A stretch of DNA of 63,972 nt, filler included, from Anaerolineae bacterium (GTDB lineage Bacteria; Chloroflexota; Anaerolineae; B4-G1; DUEL01), in the NCBI GenBank assembly GCA_041082215.1. It is 8 parts of 7 records of this genome, joined end to end, with 100 filler letters (N's around TTAATTAATTAA, not from the genome) between each part and the next. Parts side by side here need not be neighbours in the genome. Positions count along the whole stretch, not along the records: positions 1 to 11,292 come from JBDOIF010000022.1; positions 11,393 to 39,042 come from JBDOIF010000055.1; 6 more parts are not named here. One strand, written 5' to 3'. The notes under the pieces were generated by a model. It worked only from the letters and a program-made list of their open reading frames with translations. It had not been told where the DNA came from and did no database searches. The position numbers were made by a program, and so were the translations under genes. Positions 11,071 to 22,300 of this stretch are shown here, one piece after another. Every line of letters starts with the position of its first letter. Positions within the stretch are counted from its first letter, which is position 1.

Positions 11071-11292
11071 ATGCCGCTTTTGCCGAAGAAGAAGGTGGGG
11101 ATCGTCGCCTGCTCCGGGGAGGAGTTGCCGGAGGGGACGGTTTCGCGGGTGGCGGCGCTGAAGGTGCTGGAGGAACTGCGCCCGAACGATACGGTCACCA
11201 TCTGCCTGCCGCTCTTTCTGGCGGGTGGTGAGGGAGACCGGGCCTTCGCCCGTTTCTATCCGACGGTCGCCATAGACGGCTGCGAGAAGCGG
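11071..11292 (+). CDS. Second DGC-domain protein, truncated at contig end
   Basis: VACSG...ICLP...AIDGCEKR. Confidence 0.72.
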
Positions 11293-11392
11293 NNNNNNNN
11301 NNNNNNNNNNNNNNNNNNNNNNNNNNNNNNNNNNNNTTAATTAATTAANNNNNNNNNNNNNNNNNNNNNNNNNNNNNNNNNNNNNNNNNNNN
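11293..11392. other. Artificial contig linker. Identical linkers at 39043-39142, 44047-44146, 53987-54086, 57273-57372, 60103-60202 and 62726-62825
   Basis: N44-TTAATTAATTAA-N44 (stop codons in all six frames), seven identical copies. Confidence 0.97.
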
Positions 11393-14300
11393 GGTGGGCG
11401 GGTCGCTGGCCTTGACCAGGGTCAGGCTCGGCTCGGTGACGGTGAAGACCGGCTGGTTAGAGGGCGTCGGGCCGCTGTCCTGATGGCGCAGCACGGCCAG
11501 GTTGGTGATGACATCGCCCGCGACGGCTCCCAGCGGGTCGGAGAGGACGGCGGTGACGGTGATGAAGCGCTGCCCGCCCGCCGGGATGCTGGTGTAAGTG
11601 ACGGTGAAGGCGTTGCCGGCCGTCACCACGCTTCCACCCGGCCCATCAGTGACAGTGTGGAGTTGCAACCGACCGTCCAGTTGGTCGGTGACGGTCACAT
11701 TGTACAGCGTGGCCGTGATGGGCGTTGCCGGGACGGCGATGACGTAGGTGATGACATTGCCCAGGGTGGCCGTGGGCGGGGTCACGCTCTTGAGGATGCC
11801 ACCATCGGCCGTCTGGACGGCGGCGGAATGGCTACCGCCGCTGTAATCCCGGTCTATACCGACGGGCTGGCTCTCGTCCTCCCAGTTATCGTAGGCCAGG
11901 AAGGCCTGGTCTGAAAGAACAGTGTTGGCAGTGACGCCATCCGAGACCTGGAGCACCACGTTGAGGGTGATGGCGGTGTGCTGGCCCCAGGTGTAGGGGA
12001 CGGTGGGGGTCAGGTGGTTGACGCCCCAGGTGAGGATGCCCGTGGCGCCGGGGATGGGGGAGGGCTGGGCCACCACCTGCGCGGTGGGGTCGTCGCTCTG
12101 CATCGTGTAGGTAACCAGGCTCATCCCGGCGGGCAGCACATCGGTAATGACCAGGTCGTAGGCCGGGAGGGGGGCCTGGTTGGAGACCGTCAGGGTGTAG
12201 GTGACCAGGTCGTTGGCGCCGACATAGCAGGACTGGTCCCCCAGGCGGGTAACCAGGACGTCGTCAAAGCGGGCGACGGCAGTGCCGGTGCCGCCAGCGG
12301 CGGCATTGTAGAGTCCCACCCGTCCGGCGGCCAGGGCGGCGTTGATGGGAGTGTTGAAACGCAGCACCCCGTTAACCCAGACACGGACCAGGTTCCCTAC
12401 AACCTGTACCTCAACGTGGTACCACGTTCCGGGCGTGAAGGCATAGGCCAGATTGCTGTCCGTATTGACAGCGCCGACCCGCTGCCGCAGGCGCAGGTTG
12501 GCATCGGTGGACCAGTAGAGCAGCACGTAGTTGTTGGCATCGGTGTAACGCACGTACAAACCTGGCCGCGAGCGGGCGGTGCCGGTGGCGTCGCCGCGAA
12601 GCATCGCGCTGAAACTGTAGTCCGTCCAGGCAGGGTTGCCGTTGAGCCGGGTCGCGCCGCCGCTGGAGGTGCGATACTCGCCCTGAACCACGTTCCACGT
12701 ACCGTTGCCCGCTACCCAGCCCGCTGCATCCCCGTCGTTGAAGTTATCCTGCAGCAGCGTGGCATTGCACCCATACGGCGTCAGGTAGGACTTGCCGATA
12801 TGCAGCAGCGGCTCCAGGATGTCCACATTCGCCGTGTCGGTGTAGGCGTATGACTGGCCGGCATCCACGTAGGAAAGCCGCAGGGTGTTAGTGCGACGGA
12901 CGCCGTCCAGATTGGATGTGATGTTCTGGATGACGGCAGTGAGGACGCCGTTGATCTGCACGGAGCCGCTCAGGTTCCCCAACCGCCAGACCACGTTACC
13001 GGAAGCCAGGTAGCCCGGAGTGATGGTGGGGGTGGTGGAGATGACTTGGAATGGCCCACCGCTACTGCCGTCGGCGTCATAAGTATAGGTGAGCACCGAG
13101 GAGACATAGCCCAGGCCCGTAGGCAAGGTGTCGGTGAGGGTCAGGTTCTCGTAGAGGGCGTCGGCATCCGCCAAGGAGGCGGTGAAGGTGAAGACGACCA
13201 GGCTGCCGATGGTGCCGGTCTGGATCTCAGGCCCTTTGCCAAACTGCTGCAGCAGCGTGACATAGGCCACATCGGAGGCGGAGGCGAGCAGGCAGCCCGT
13301 ATCGCAGGAGGCGGTGGCGGTAACCACGTTGAGGTTGACACCCGTCTCAGTCACTACTGCGCTCACCTGCGCGGTCCAGACACCGCTGGCTGATATGGGT
13401 TGAGAAAGCACCCAGGTGATGATGTTACCTGCGATGACGGGCGGCGCGCCGTCCGAGCCGAACGTGGCGGTAATATTGGTGAAGGTTGAATCCACCACAT
13501 CCGTCACCACCACGTTGTAGGCGGCGCCGGTGCCGGTGTTGCGCACCGTCAGCGTCCAGGTGACCCGCTGGCCCACCTGTGCGGTCAGGGTGGCGGGGGA
13601 TTTATCCACCACCAGATTTGGGCCCACCACGTTGATGTTCGTCGTCGCAGTGGCGCTGTAGGAGGCAGTATTGTAGCAATCTTCTACGTCGTCATCGTAG
13701 GTCATCGTGATGACGTTGGGGCCGGAGGGGAAGGCGCATCCACCCGCCCCGACGCTATTGCGCACCGCGATAACGATGACCGTCGGGCCGGTGGGCAGTA
13801 CGCCCCAGGTGAAGACCACCGTCCCGCCCAGGTCCACTGTGCCGGAGGGCGGCGTGCTGGCCCAGACCGTCCCACTGTAGACGTAGCCCGAGGGCAGCGT
13901 GTCGGTGAGGGTCACGTTGTAGGCGGGCGGGCCCTGGTTGTTCAGGGTGACGGTGATCTCGCCGCCGCACCGGTGGAGCGTGGCGGGCGGGATGTTGGTC
14001 TGGATGATGGGGGTATCGTACACCGGCCGCGTGCGCAGGGTGACCCGGTCAGTGCGGGCGCCCTGGCGGCAGCCGTCGGGGCACCCCCAGGCCGCCTCGG
14101 CGATGTTGTATGTGTCGGCGACCGTGCACCCTTCTGGCTGGCTGACCACCGTGGTGATGGTCAGGACGACCGTTGTAGCCGGGGTGATGACGTCAAGGGC
14201 CCAGGTGATAACCCCACCCAGCGAGCCGGGCGCGGGGCCGCCGTAGCCGGGGCTGGCGTCCTGGAAGACGACATTCCCCGGCAGGGTATCGGTCACCACC

Positions 14301-17300
14301 ACCTCGTGGGCCGGGGCGGCACTACCGGCGTTGGAGAGGGTGAGGGTAAAGACCACCGGCTCTCCCGGCTCGGCGTAGACCAAATCGGGGGCGGGGGAGG
14401 TGCGGCTGAGATTCTGGCCGGTCTTCTCCAGGTTGAGGGTTGCCTGACGCACCGGCATCACGAAGTAAGAGGCTTCGGTGAGGTAAGGGTTCCCGCAGGT
14501 ATCCCGGTATCCGGTCTGAATGCGCAGTTGCCCGCCCTCAAAGGGGCAGGAGGCGTAGACGTTGTAGCGCAGGTAGACCGTCTCGCCGGGGTGGAGGCGG
14601 GAAAGCCACGTGTCCAGCGGCGCGCCGCTGCCGGGGCCCCAATGGAGGCTCTGCCCAGCGATGGTCGGGTTCGGGCCGGGCTGCCAGTTCACTGTGTCGG
14701 TGCTCACCTCGGTAGTATTGGTGACATATTGCAGGCCGACCGGCAGCGTCTCGGTGAGGGTGGCGGAATAGACGCTGAGGAGGCCCGCGTTGCGCACCGT
14801 GACGGTGACCGTGCGGGTGTAGCAGGTCTCAATCGGGGTGACCGCCTGGTTAGTGTTGAGCAGAATAGCAGGCGGAATCTCTACGCGAGAAACCACCGGC
14901 CCGCCGGATTGACAGGTCTGGCCCAGACAGCCCTGCATGCCAGCGAAGCGGTTGGTCAGGTCGTCGCAGCCGATAATCTCGGCGACGTACTGAATGGTCA
15001 CCCGTTCCTTGGGCTGCATGACCGGCAGGACCCAGGTGACCCGGTTGGAGGAGGTGATGGGGGTCACGCCAGCGACGGAGCCCTGGGTGGAGGTGATGGA
15101 GGAGTCCACGTAGCGCAGGCCGCTGCCCAGGGCGTCGGTCAGCACCACGCTGTAGGCGGGCCCGGCGCCGGAGTTATAGGCGATGAGGGTCCAGGTGACC
15201 ACGTCCCCGTGGGCATAGATGACCTCGGGGAACTTGGTCATAATGGGCAGGGGCTGGATGACCGGCGGCGAACCCAGGTTGCCACCGGTGCTACACCGCT
15301 CCCGATAGGTGTCGTTATCGGCGCAGCGGTTGTCGTAGTAGAGCGTGCCCTGGAAGGGCGCGGCGCCGCTCCCACAGCGCAACTGGACCCGCAACTGGAC
15401 CGTGCCGGTGGTCGCCGTAGCGAAAGTGTCGGAGTAGTACCAGTGGTAGCCCAGGGCGTCGGTCGTTGTGTAGGCGGGGGTGGCGCTGGAGAAACCCAGG
15501 ACCTCTATGACCGCAAATGTGGACGTGGGCACATCCAGGGCGGCATCGTAGGCGGGGACGGCGGAGGTGCGCTGCGCCGTCAGGGTGACGGTGTAGACGC
15601 CGCAGGGGGAGACCCAGGGCGGCAGGCCCGAAAGCGAGAGCGTCATCGCCGGGGCCAGAGTCCGGACGAAGACGCCTTCCTCAATCACGCCGTCGGCGGC
15701 GCACTCGGCGTTGCCCATCACACCCAGGTTCAGGACGGACCAGTCGTACCACTCAAAGTCGGAGCAGGCGGCGGGTTCGGCTACCGCCGTCCGGTAGGAA
15801 ATCCACATCGTGGCCCCGGGGACGGCAATGGCGCAGGTGGGGGAGATGTTGGAGATGACCAGCATCCCGCCCACGACGCCCGCGGAGAAGGTGGCCGTAC
15901 AGGTTTGGGCGCCGTCGCTCATCCAGACCGAAGCGGAGCCGGTGACGTAGGTCTGGTGGGGGAGCGTCTCGGTGAAGATCATCCCCTGCCAGGTGGGGGT
16001 GACGATGAACGTGTCGGCGAAGGCATAGGTATTGGTGTAGGTGTAGGCCGGGTCGGTGCAGACCTCGGCGGGGCCGGAGACCCGCTTGGAGGTGGTCGCC
16101 ACCGGCTCCTCGCACTGGAGGTAGGTCGTGGCCTGATCGGTGGCGGTCTGCTGGCAGTTCTGGCAGTCGGTGGCAGTGGCGGTGACGATATTGGTGGCGG
16201 CGGTGCCACAGTAGGCGCAGCCGGTGGCGGCGTCGGGGGTGGCGAAGACCGGGTTGAGGACGGCGGAGCCGGTCAAAACCCAGATGATGAGATCGCCCTG
16301 GATGGTGCCGCCATCGGCGTCCACCACACTCCAGCCCGCCGGCACCTGGTCGGTGACGATGATGCTGCCGACGATGCCGGCGGCGTTCACGGTGACCGTG
16401 GCGGTGACGTTCTCGCCCCGGTAAACCTCGCCGGGCATGGACTTCTCCACGCTCAGTTGGCCCGGCGTGTTGCTCAGTTGCCAGGAGGCGGACTGGGGCA
16501 TTTCGGTGTAGGGATTGCCGCAGCGGTCATAGTAGGTCAGGTTGAAGCTGAAGGCGCCGCTGCGGGGCATCGTGCAGACGGCGGCGGGGACGGTCAGCGT
16601 GAAGACCAGGTTGTAGGTCTGGCCGGGCAGGATGTCCGGCAGGTGGAACGCAGAGCCGTCGTAGGAGGCCGGCGGGGCGACAGTCATGCTGAATGGCGAG
16701 AGGTCCACCGTGAGCGTGCCGGAATAGGCCGTACCGTCGCCATTATTGGTGATAGGGATGGTGAAGACGCCGGAGCCGGCGCAGTAGCCCACATCAAAGG
16801 AGGGGAGGGTGTAGTCCAGGTCGGGGTTGGTCATCTGCAGGTCCACCGCTCCCTTGGCGGTCTGGGGGGCCTGGCAGGTCTGGCCGTTGCAGCCCCAGGT
16901 GGCGGTGACGACGTTCTCCAGGCCGGAGCAGCCGACGACGCGGGCGGCGATGGGAAAGGTGACGACCTGCCCCACAGCAAGGGAGATGTAGGAAGTGGAA
17001 GTGATGCCGGAGACATACTCCAGCCCGCTCCCCAGCGTGTCGGTCACCCGGACGCTGGAGACGGCGCCGTAGCCGGTGTTCTCCACATAGACGGTCCAGG
17101 TGACCACATCGCCAGGAGCCGCAGGGATGACGGCTGGCTCCTTGCGGACGGTGATGGCGCCAGGGTTGACCACGAAGTCGGTGTAGCGGACAATGGGGCC
17201 GTATCCGTCCTGGGTGAGGGTGACCACGTTCTGGCCGGAGACAGCGGAACAGGTAGCGGAGAAGACGGCGTGGCGGGTGATGACCTCGTTGGGACCCACC

Positions 17301-17782
17301 TCGCCAATGTCAAAGACGACCTGCGTGGGCTCAAACCCCGCCGGCATCGTGCTGGTGATGAGGACCCCTGTTGTGGTGACGGCGTCGTTGGCCGCGACGA
17401 TGGTGAAGGTAACGACGTCGCAGTTGTTGATGGGAACCTCGGGGCCGGTGATGGTGACGGCGGAGGGGTAGATGGTGTGGTGGTCGCTGGCTGCCGGTTG
17501 CTCGTCGCTGGTAAGGGGCGCGATCGGGGCCGGTGCGCTGCCGAACCAGGCGGGGAGGGCGGTTGGGGGGGTGAGGTTTTCTCCCCGCTGGGCCGTGAAC
17601 CAGGCGGGGAGGGCGGTTGGGGAGGCGGGGCTCTCTCCCTGCCGGGCGGCGAACCAGGCGGGGAGGAGTTGCCGGACAGCAGGAGCAGCAGCAGCGGTCT
17701 GTGGACCGGCTGTTCCGGGCGGGACGAGCCATTCAAACACCAAAATCAACACAACGCCGAGCTGAAGCCGTAATGAACGCAT
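11393..17782 (-). CDS. Giant secreted DUF11/Ig-like repeat surface protein (>2100 aa), C-terminus truncated
   Basis: Signal peptide MRSLRLQLGVVLILV. Many K...GDVVTWT...N.G...V.VTDTLPxGLxYV repeats. Internal beta-sandwich domain (DNFNDG...WTDYSF...WYHVEVQV...GRVGL). Confidence 0.85.
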
Positions 17783-18165
17783 CTTTTGCCTCCTTTCACC
17801 CCCCTGCAACGTCAACACCGGAGGGCAGGGGCTGGTTGATGGTGATGATGCCGACAGATTTAAGATGGAAAATTCAGTAAATCTTTTTATTTTATTCCAA
17901 TTTGGATTCTCTGTCAATTCTTTTTTATCTGATTTAATCGGTTCGTTCTAACCTGACTATAACCGGGCAGAGCCGTCCCGCTTGCGCAGGACAAATCCTA
18001 CGCCACATTGTTTCCGGGGTAAGAGTGAGTGGAGCTGCAAAATTTTTTGCTGTAGTACCGGATTTATCTTGCACAAGATAAATCTTGCGCTACGTTAGTG
18101 AGGAAGGGTGGAGCTGCGAGGGGTGTCGCTAATGAGAGGTCTTCTCCGATTGTGGCGGCACGGGT

Positions 18166-18960
18166 TCACCGCATCCTTCGTCGCCATTCCTCCTTTAGCT
18201 CAAGGGCGTCCAGATCCCCCTTGAACTCCAGAAACTGGCGCAGGAGCCGGTTGAACTTGTTGGCTTCCTCCAGCATCGGGAAGTGGCGACACTCGTCCAG
18301 GCAGATGATCCGCACATTCTCGTCGAGCCAGCCGACCCACCTCCCCTCGGGCGGGGAGATGACGGGATCCTCCCTGCCGTAGACCAGCAGGATGGGAATC
18401 TGCAGCATGCCCAGGATGTACCGGATGTCCAGCTCCGTCACCGCACGGACGCTGCTGGAAACGGCGAGGGCATCAATCTTGTGGGCCTCCATCTGCACCT
18501 CGGGGTACTCGGCGACCTGGCGACGCCCCAGGACCCGGGCTGCCACATCGCTCTCCCCGATGGGCAGGGTGGAAAGGGAACGCCCCACCGCGGAGCCATC
18601 CAGCGGGGTGCTCACCGCCATCACCTGTTCCACCCGTTCCGGCAGCTTCGCGGCAAACTGGAGCGCCACCACCCCTCCCAGCGCATGGCCGACCAGCGGT
18701 GCACGGTAGATCCCCAGCTCGTCCATAAAACGCCGCAGAAGCTCGACATAGGCGGTGGGAGAATACCCGTCCTCCCGGCGGTCGGTGTCCCCGAACCCCC
18801 AGAAATCGAGTGCGTAGGTCCGGTATTCGTCCGACAGATCGTCCATCGTCGGCACCCAGTAGCGCCATGAGCCGAGCCAGCCGTGCAGGAAGATCACCGG
18901 CTTGCCCCGGCCGATAACCTCATAGTGAACCAGACCGTTCTCGATAATAACCGCGCTCAT
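18166..18960 (-). CDS. Alpha/beta hydrolase-fold protein lacking the catalytic serine
   Basis: HGWLGSWRYW, ALDFWGFG, nucleophile elbow GHALGG (Ala at the Ser position), HFPMLEE. Confidence 0.85.
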   Translation of the reverse strand: MSAVIIENGLVHYEVIGRGKPVIFLHGWLGSWRYWVPTMDDLSDEYRTYALDFWGFGDTDRREDGYSPTAYVELLRRFMDELGIYRAPLVGHALGGVVALQFAAKLPERVEQVMAVSTPLDGSAVGRSLSTLPIGESDVAARVLGRRQVAEYPEVQMEAHKIDALAVSSSVRAVTELDIRYILGMLQIPILLVYGREDPVISPPEGRWVGWLDENVRIICLDECRHFPMLEEANKFNRLLRQFLEFKGDLDALELKEEWRRRMR

Positions 18961-18981
18961 CGCAAATGCCGGTTCAGTCTC

Positions 18982-19362
18982 CTACGAAGCGTGTCCAGCA
19001 CGGCGGAGGATCTGTCGCACCTGAGCGGTCAGTTCGTCGGGCGCGAAGGGCTTGAGGATATATTCCTCTGCTCCCGATTCCAGCCCCTGCTGGATCTCCG
19101 TCTCCTGCCCCTTGGCGGAGAGGAAGACCACCGGAATCCCCTGTGTGATGGGGTTTTCCTTCAACCGTCGGCAGGCCTCATACCCTGTCATCTTGGGCAT
19201 CCGCACATCCAGGATCACCAGGTCGGGCCGCTCCTTTTCCGTCATTTCCACCGCTTCCACGCCGTTTGAGGCCAGGATCACCTCGAATCCGGCGAAGCGG
19301 AGGGTGAAGGCGATCAGCTCACGGATGTCCTTCTCGTCCTCGGCGACAAGTATTCTGATCAT
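18982..19362 (-). CDS. Single-domain response regulator (CheY-like)
   Basis: ILVAEDE, ILDVRMPKMTG, FLSAK, KPF. Confidence 0.92.
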   Translation of the reverse strand: MIRILVAEDEKDIRELIAFTLRFAGFEVILASNGVEAVEMTEKERPDLVILDVRMPKMTGYEACRRLKENPITQGIPVVFLSAKGQETEIQQGLESGAEEYILKPFAPDELTAQVRQILRRAGHAS

Positions 19363-19376
19363 ACCAGTACCTCACA

Positions 19377-22300
19377 TCAAGATTGGCCCTCTACCTGCCC
19401 CGGGCCGGTTCTCTGGAGCACGATCGAGACCTCCCTGATGAAATCCTCAATGGCAAAGGGCTTGGTCAGGAAGCGGGCTGCCCCCAGCATCAATGCCCGC
19501 TGTTGCTTCAACTCCTCGTGGCTCAGGCTCCCCGTCATCACCACCACCGGAATATCCCGTGTGTCGGGGTCGGATTTCAGCGCCCGCAGCACATCGTACC
19601 CCTCGATATCCCGCAATTTCAGATCGAGCAGGATGAGGGCGGGCTTCACTTCCTTTGCAATCTCCAGCGCCTTGCTCCCCAGCCCGGTGGTGCGCACCTG
19701 GAACCCGTGCCGCCGGAGCGCCTCCCGCATCAAGGACAGGTTATCCCGGTCGTCATCCACCACCAGGATCATTCCCCGCCGGTGAAGGACCCTGCGGATC
19801 GCTTCCAGCAGCGCCTTCTCGTCAATCGGCTTGCCCACGTAGTCCACCGCCCCCAGCCGGAGCCCCCGCTCCTTATCCGGCACGACGGAGACGATGACCA
19901 CCGGGATGTCTGCTGTTTGCGGGTCCTTTTTGATCCGCTCCAGGATCACGAAGCCGTCGGCGTCTGGCAGGCGGATATCGAGCGTGATCAGCGCCGGATG
20001 GGTTTCCCGGGCGACCCGGATGGCTTCCTCTCCGTGGTCGGCCATCATCACCTCGTACCCTTCTCCCTCCAGGTGGATGCGGATCAGATTGGCCACGTCC
20101 GGGTCGTCTTCGACGACCAGCACCGACAGGCCAGAGGGTCGGGTCAGCGGCAGTCCCGGGCGCGGCGCTGTGGCCAGGGGGAGGGTGAAAGTAAATGTGC
20201 TTCCTTCCCCCAGCTCGCTCTCCACCCATATCTCGCCGCCGTGCATCTCCACCAGCGAGGCTGTGATGGACAATCCCAGGCCGGTCCCCGGCGTCTCCTG
20301 CACCAGCGGGTCGTCGGCGCGGAAAAAGCGGTCGAAGATCCGCTTCCGGTTTTCCTCCGAGATGCCGATGCCGGTGTCGGCGACGGAGACCTCCAGGAAG
20401 CCGTTCGCCGGCCGGGCGGAGATGGTCACCTTCCCTCCAGGCGGAGTGTACTGGATCGCATTCCCCACCAGATTGGTGAGGATCTGTGCCACGCGGGCAC
20501 TGTCGCCCCACACCGCTGGCAGGCTGGCCGGCACCTGTGCTTTCAGGTCCAGCCCCCGGCTCTGGGCCCGTGCCTGAAGGGAGGTGACGACCTGCTCGAC
20601 CACCTCGTGGATGTGGACCGCCCTCAGGTCCAGCTCCACCCGTCCGGTCTCGATGCGGGAGATATCCAGCAGGTCGTTGACCAGCGCCGTCAGCCGGTCA
20701 GCGTTGTTGCGGATGATCTCCAGGAAATGGCGCTGCTGGTCGCTCAGCGCCCCCACTGCTCCCATCAGCAGCAGGTCCACGTATCCCTTGATCGAGGTCA
20801 TCGGCGTGCGCAGCTCGTGGGAGACGGTGGAGACGAACTCGCTCTTGGCCCGGTCGGCTTCCACCTCGACGGTGATGTCGCGGAAGACGGAGACCGTGCC
20901 CAGGTATTCGGAGCGCATAATCACGGGGGAGACGTGGACGCTGACCACCCGTTCGCCCAGCTCCAGCCGCTCGGCCACGAAGTCCTCCGGGGTGCGGTCG
21001 GCCGGATTGGCGGCCCAATCCTCGATGGTCGTCAGCCAGGAACGGCCCTCCACGCCGTAAAGCCCCAGCATCTCCCGTGTGCTGCGTCCCAGGGCCCGGT
21101 CGCGGGGGATCTCCAGGATCCGCTCGGCGGCGGCGTTGAAGAGGACGATCCTGCCCTGGGCGTCGGCCACGATGACCCCGTCGGCGACCCCCTCCAGGAT
21201 TGCCTGGCTCTTGGCCGCCTCCACCTGCTGCTGTTTGAGCATCGCCCCCAGCCGCTCCGCCTGGCTGCGGATCAGGCCGTACAGCTCCGCATTGCCGATG
21301 GCGTTGCCGATCTGGGCCGCGGCCGCCTCTGCCAGGCGCAGATGGTCCTCGGCGAAGAGGCCCGGGGTGGCGGAGAAGATCAGCACCGCACCCTGCACCT
21401 CGCTGGCGGTCACCAGCGGCACCGCCACGCAGGCCCGATGGTCCGGGTCCTCCCCTTCTTCGGCGATCCAGCGGGGATCCTCCCGCAGGTCTTCGATCAG
21501 GGCCGATTCCCCGTGGGTGATCACCCACCCGGCCAGTCCTTCGCCCCGACGGAAGCGGGTTTCCTTCCCGCCCGGGGGTATTCGGGTCGGCTCGCCCACC
21601 GTCGCGCGGTGCACCAGCTTCCCCGTCGTCGGGTCCTCCAGCAGGACCGAACCCCGCTCTGCCCCCATCGCCTCCACCACCAGCTCCAGGCTCCGGACCA
21701 GCACCCGGTCCAGGTCCAGGCTGGCGGAGACCTCTGCGGCGATATGGTAGAGGGCTTCCAGCCGGTCCCGCTGGGCTGTCAGGTCCTTCAGCGCCTGGGC
21801 CAGCTCACGGGTCCGCTCCTCCACCCGTTGCTCCAGCTCCTCGGTGAAGCGGCGGATCTGCTCAAACAGACGGGCGTTCTGCACAGCCACGGACACCTGG
21901 TCGGCCAGTGAGATCAGGGTGGCCACATCGGCCGGTGTGAAGGACTCCCGGTAGGGGCGGTCGGCGGTCAGGACGCCCACGACCTGCTCGCCGATGCTCA
22001 GCGGCACCAGGATCGCCGCGCCCTGGCGGATATAGTCGGCCTCCCCGCCGGTCTCTTCCTCAACGTCCGTCACCGAAAGGGGCATCCCGCTTTTGACAAC
22101 CCTCCCCACCAGCCCCTCGCCGGGGGAGAAAGCGCGGGCGGAAAGAAGGGCCAGGTCGTGCCCCCGGGCCGCATGGGCCACGTATTTCCCGGTTTCTCTG
22201 TCCTCCAGAAAGACGACGCTTCCCTCGGAGCCGACAAGCCGGATCGTGGCGTCCACCACAATTCGCAGCACCTCGTCCAGCTCCAGCTTGGCGGTCACCA

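Noticed and set aside
11293..11392. TTAATTAATTAA palindrome within N runs
   Set aside because: Artificial contig-joining linker, identical at seven sites.
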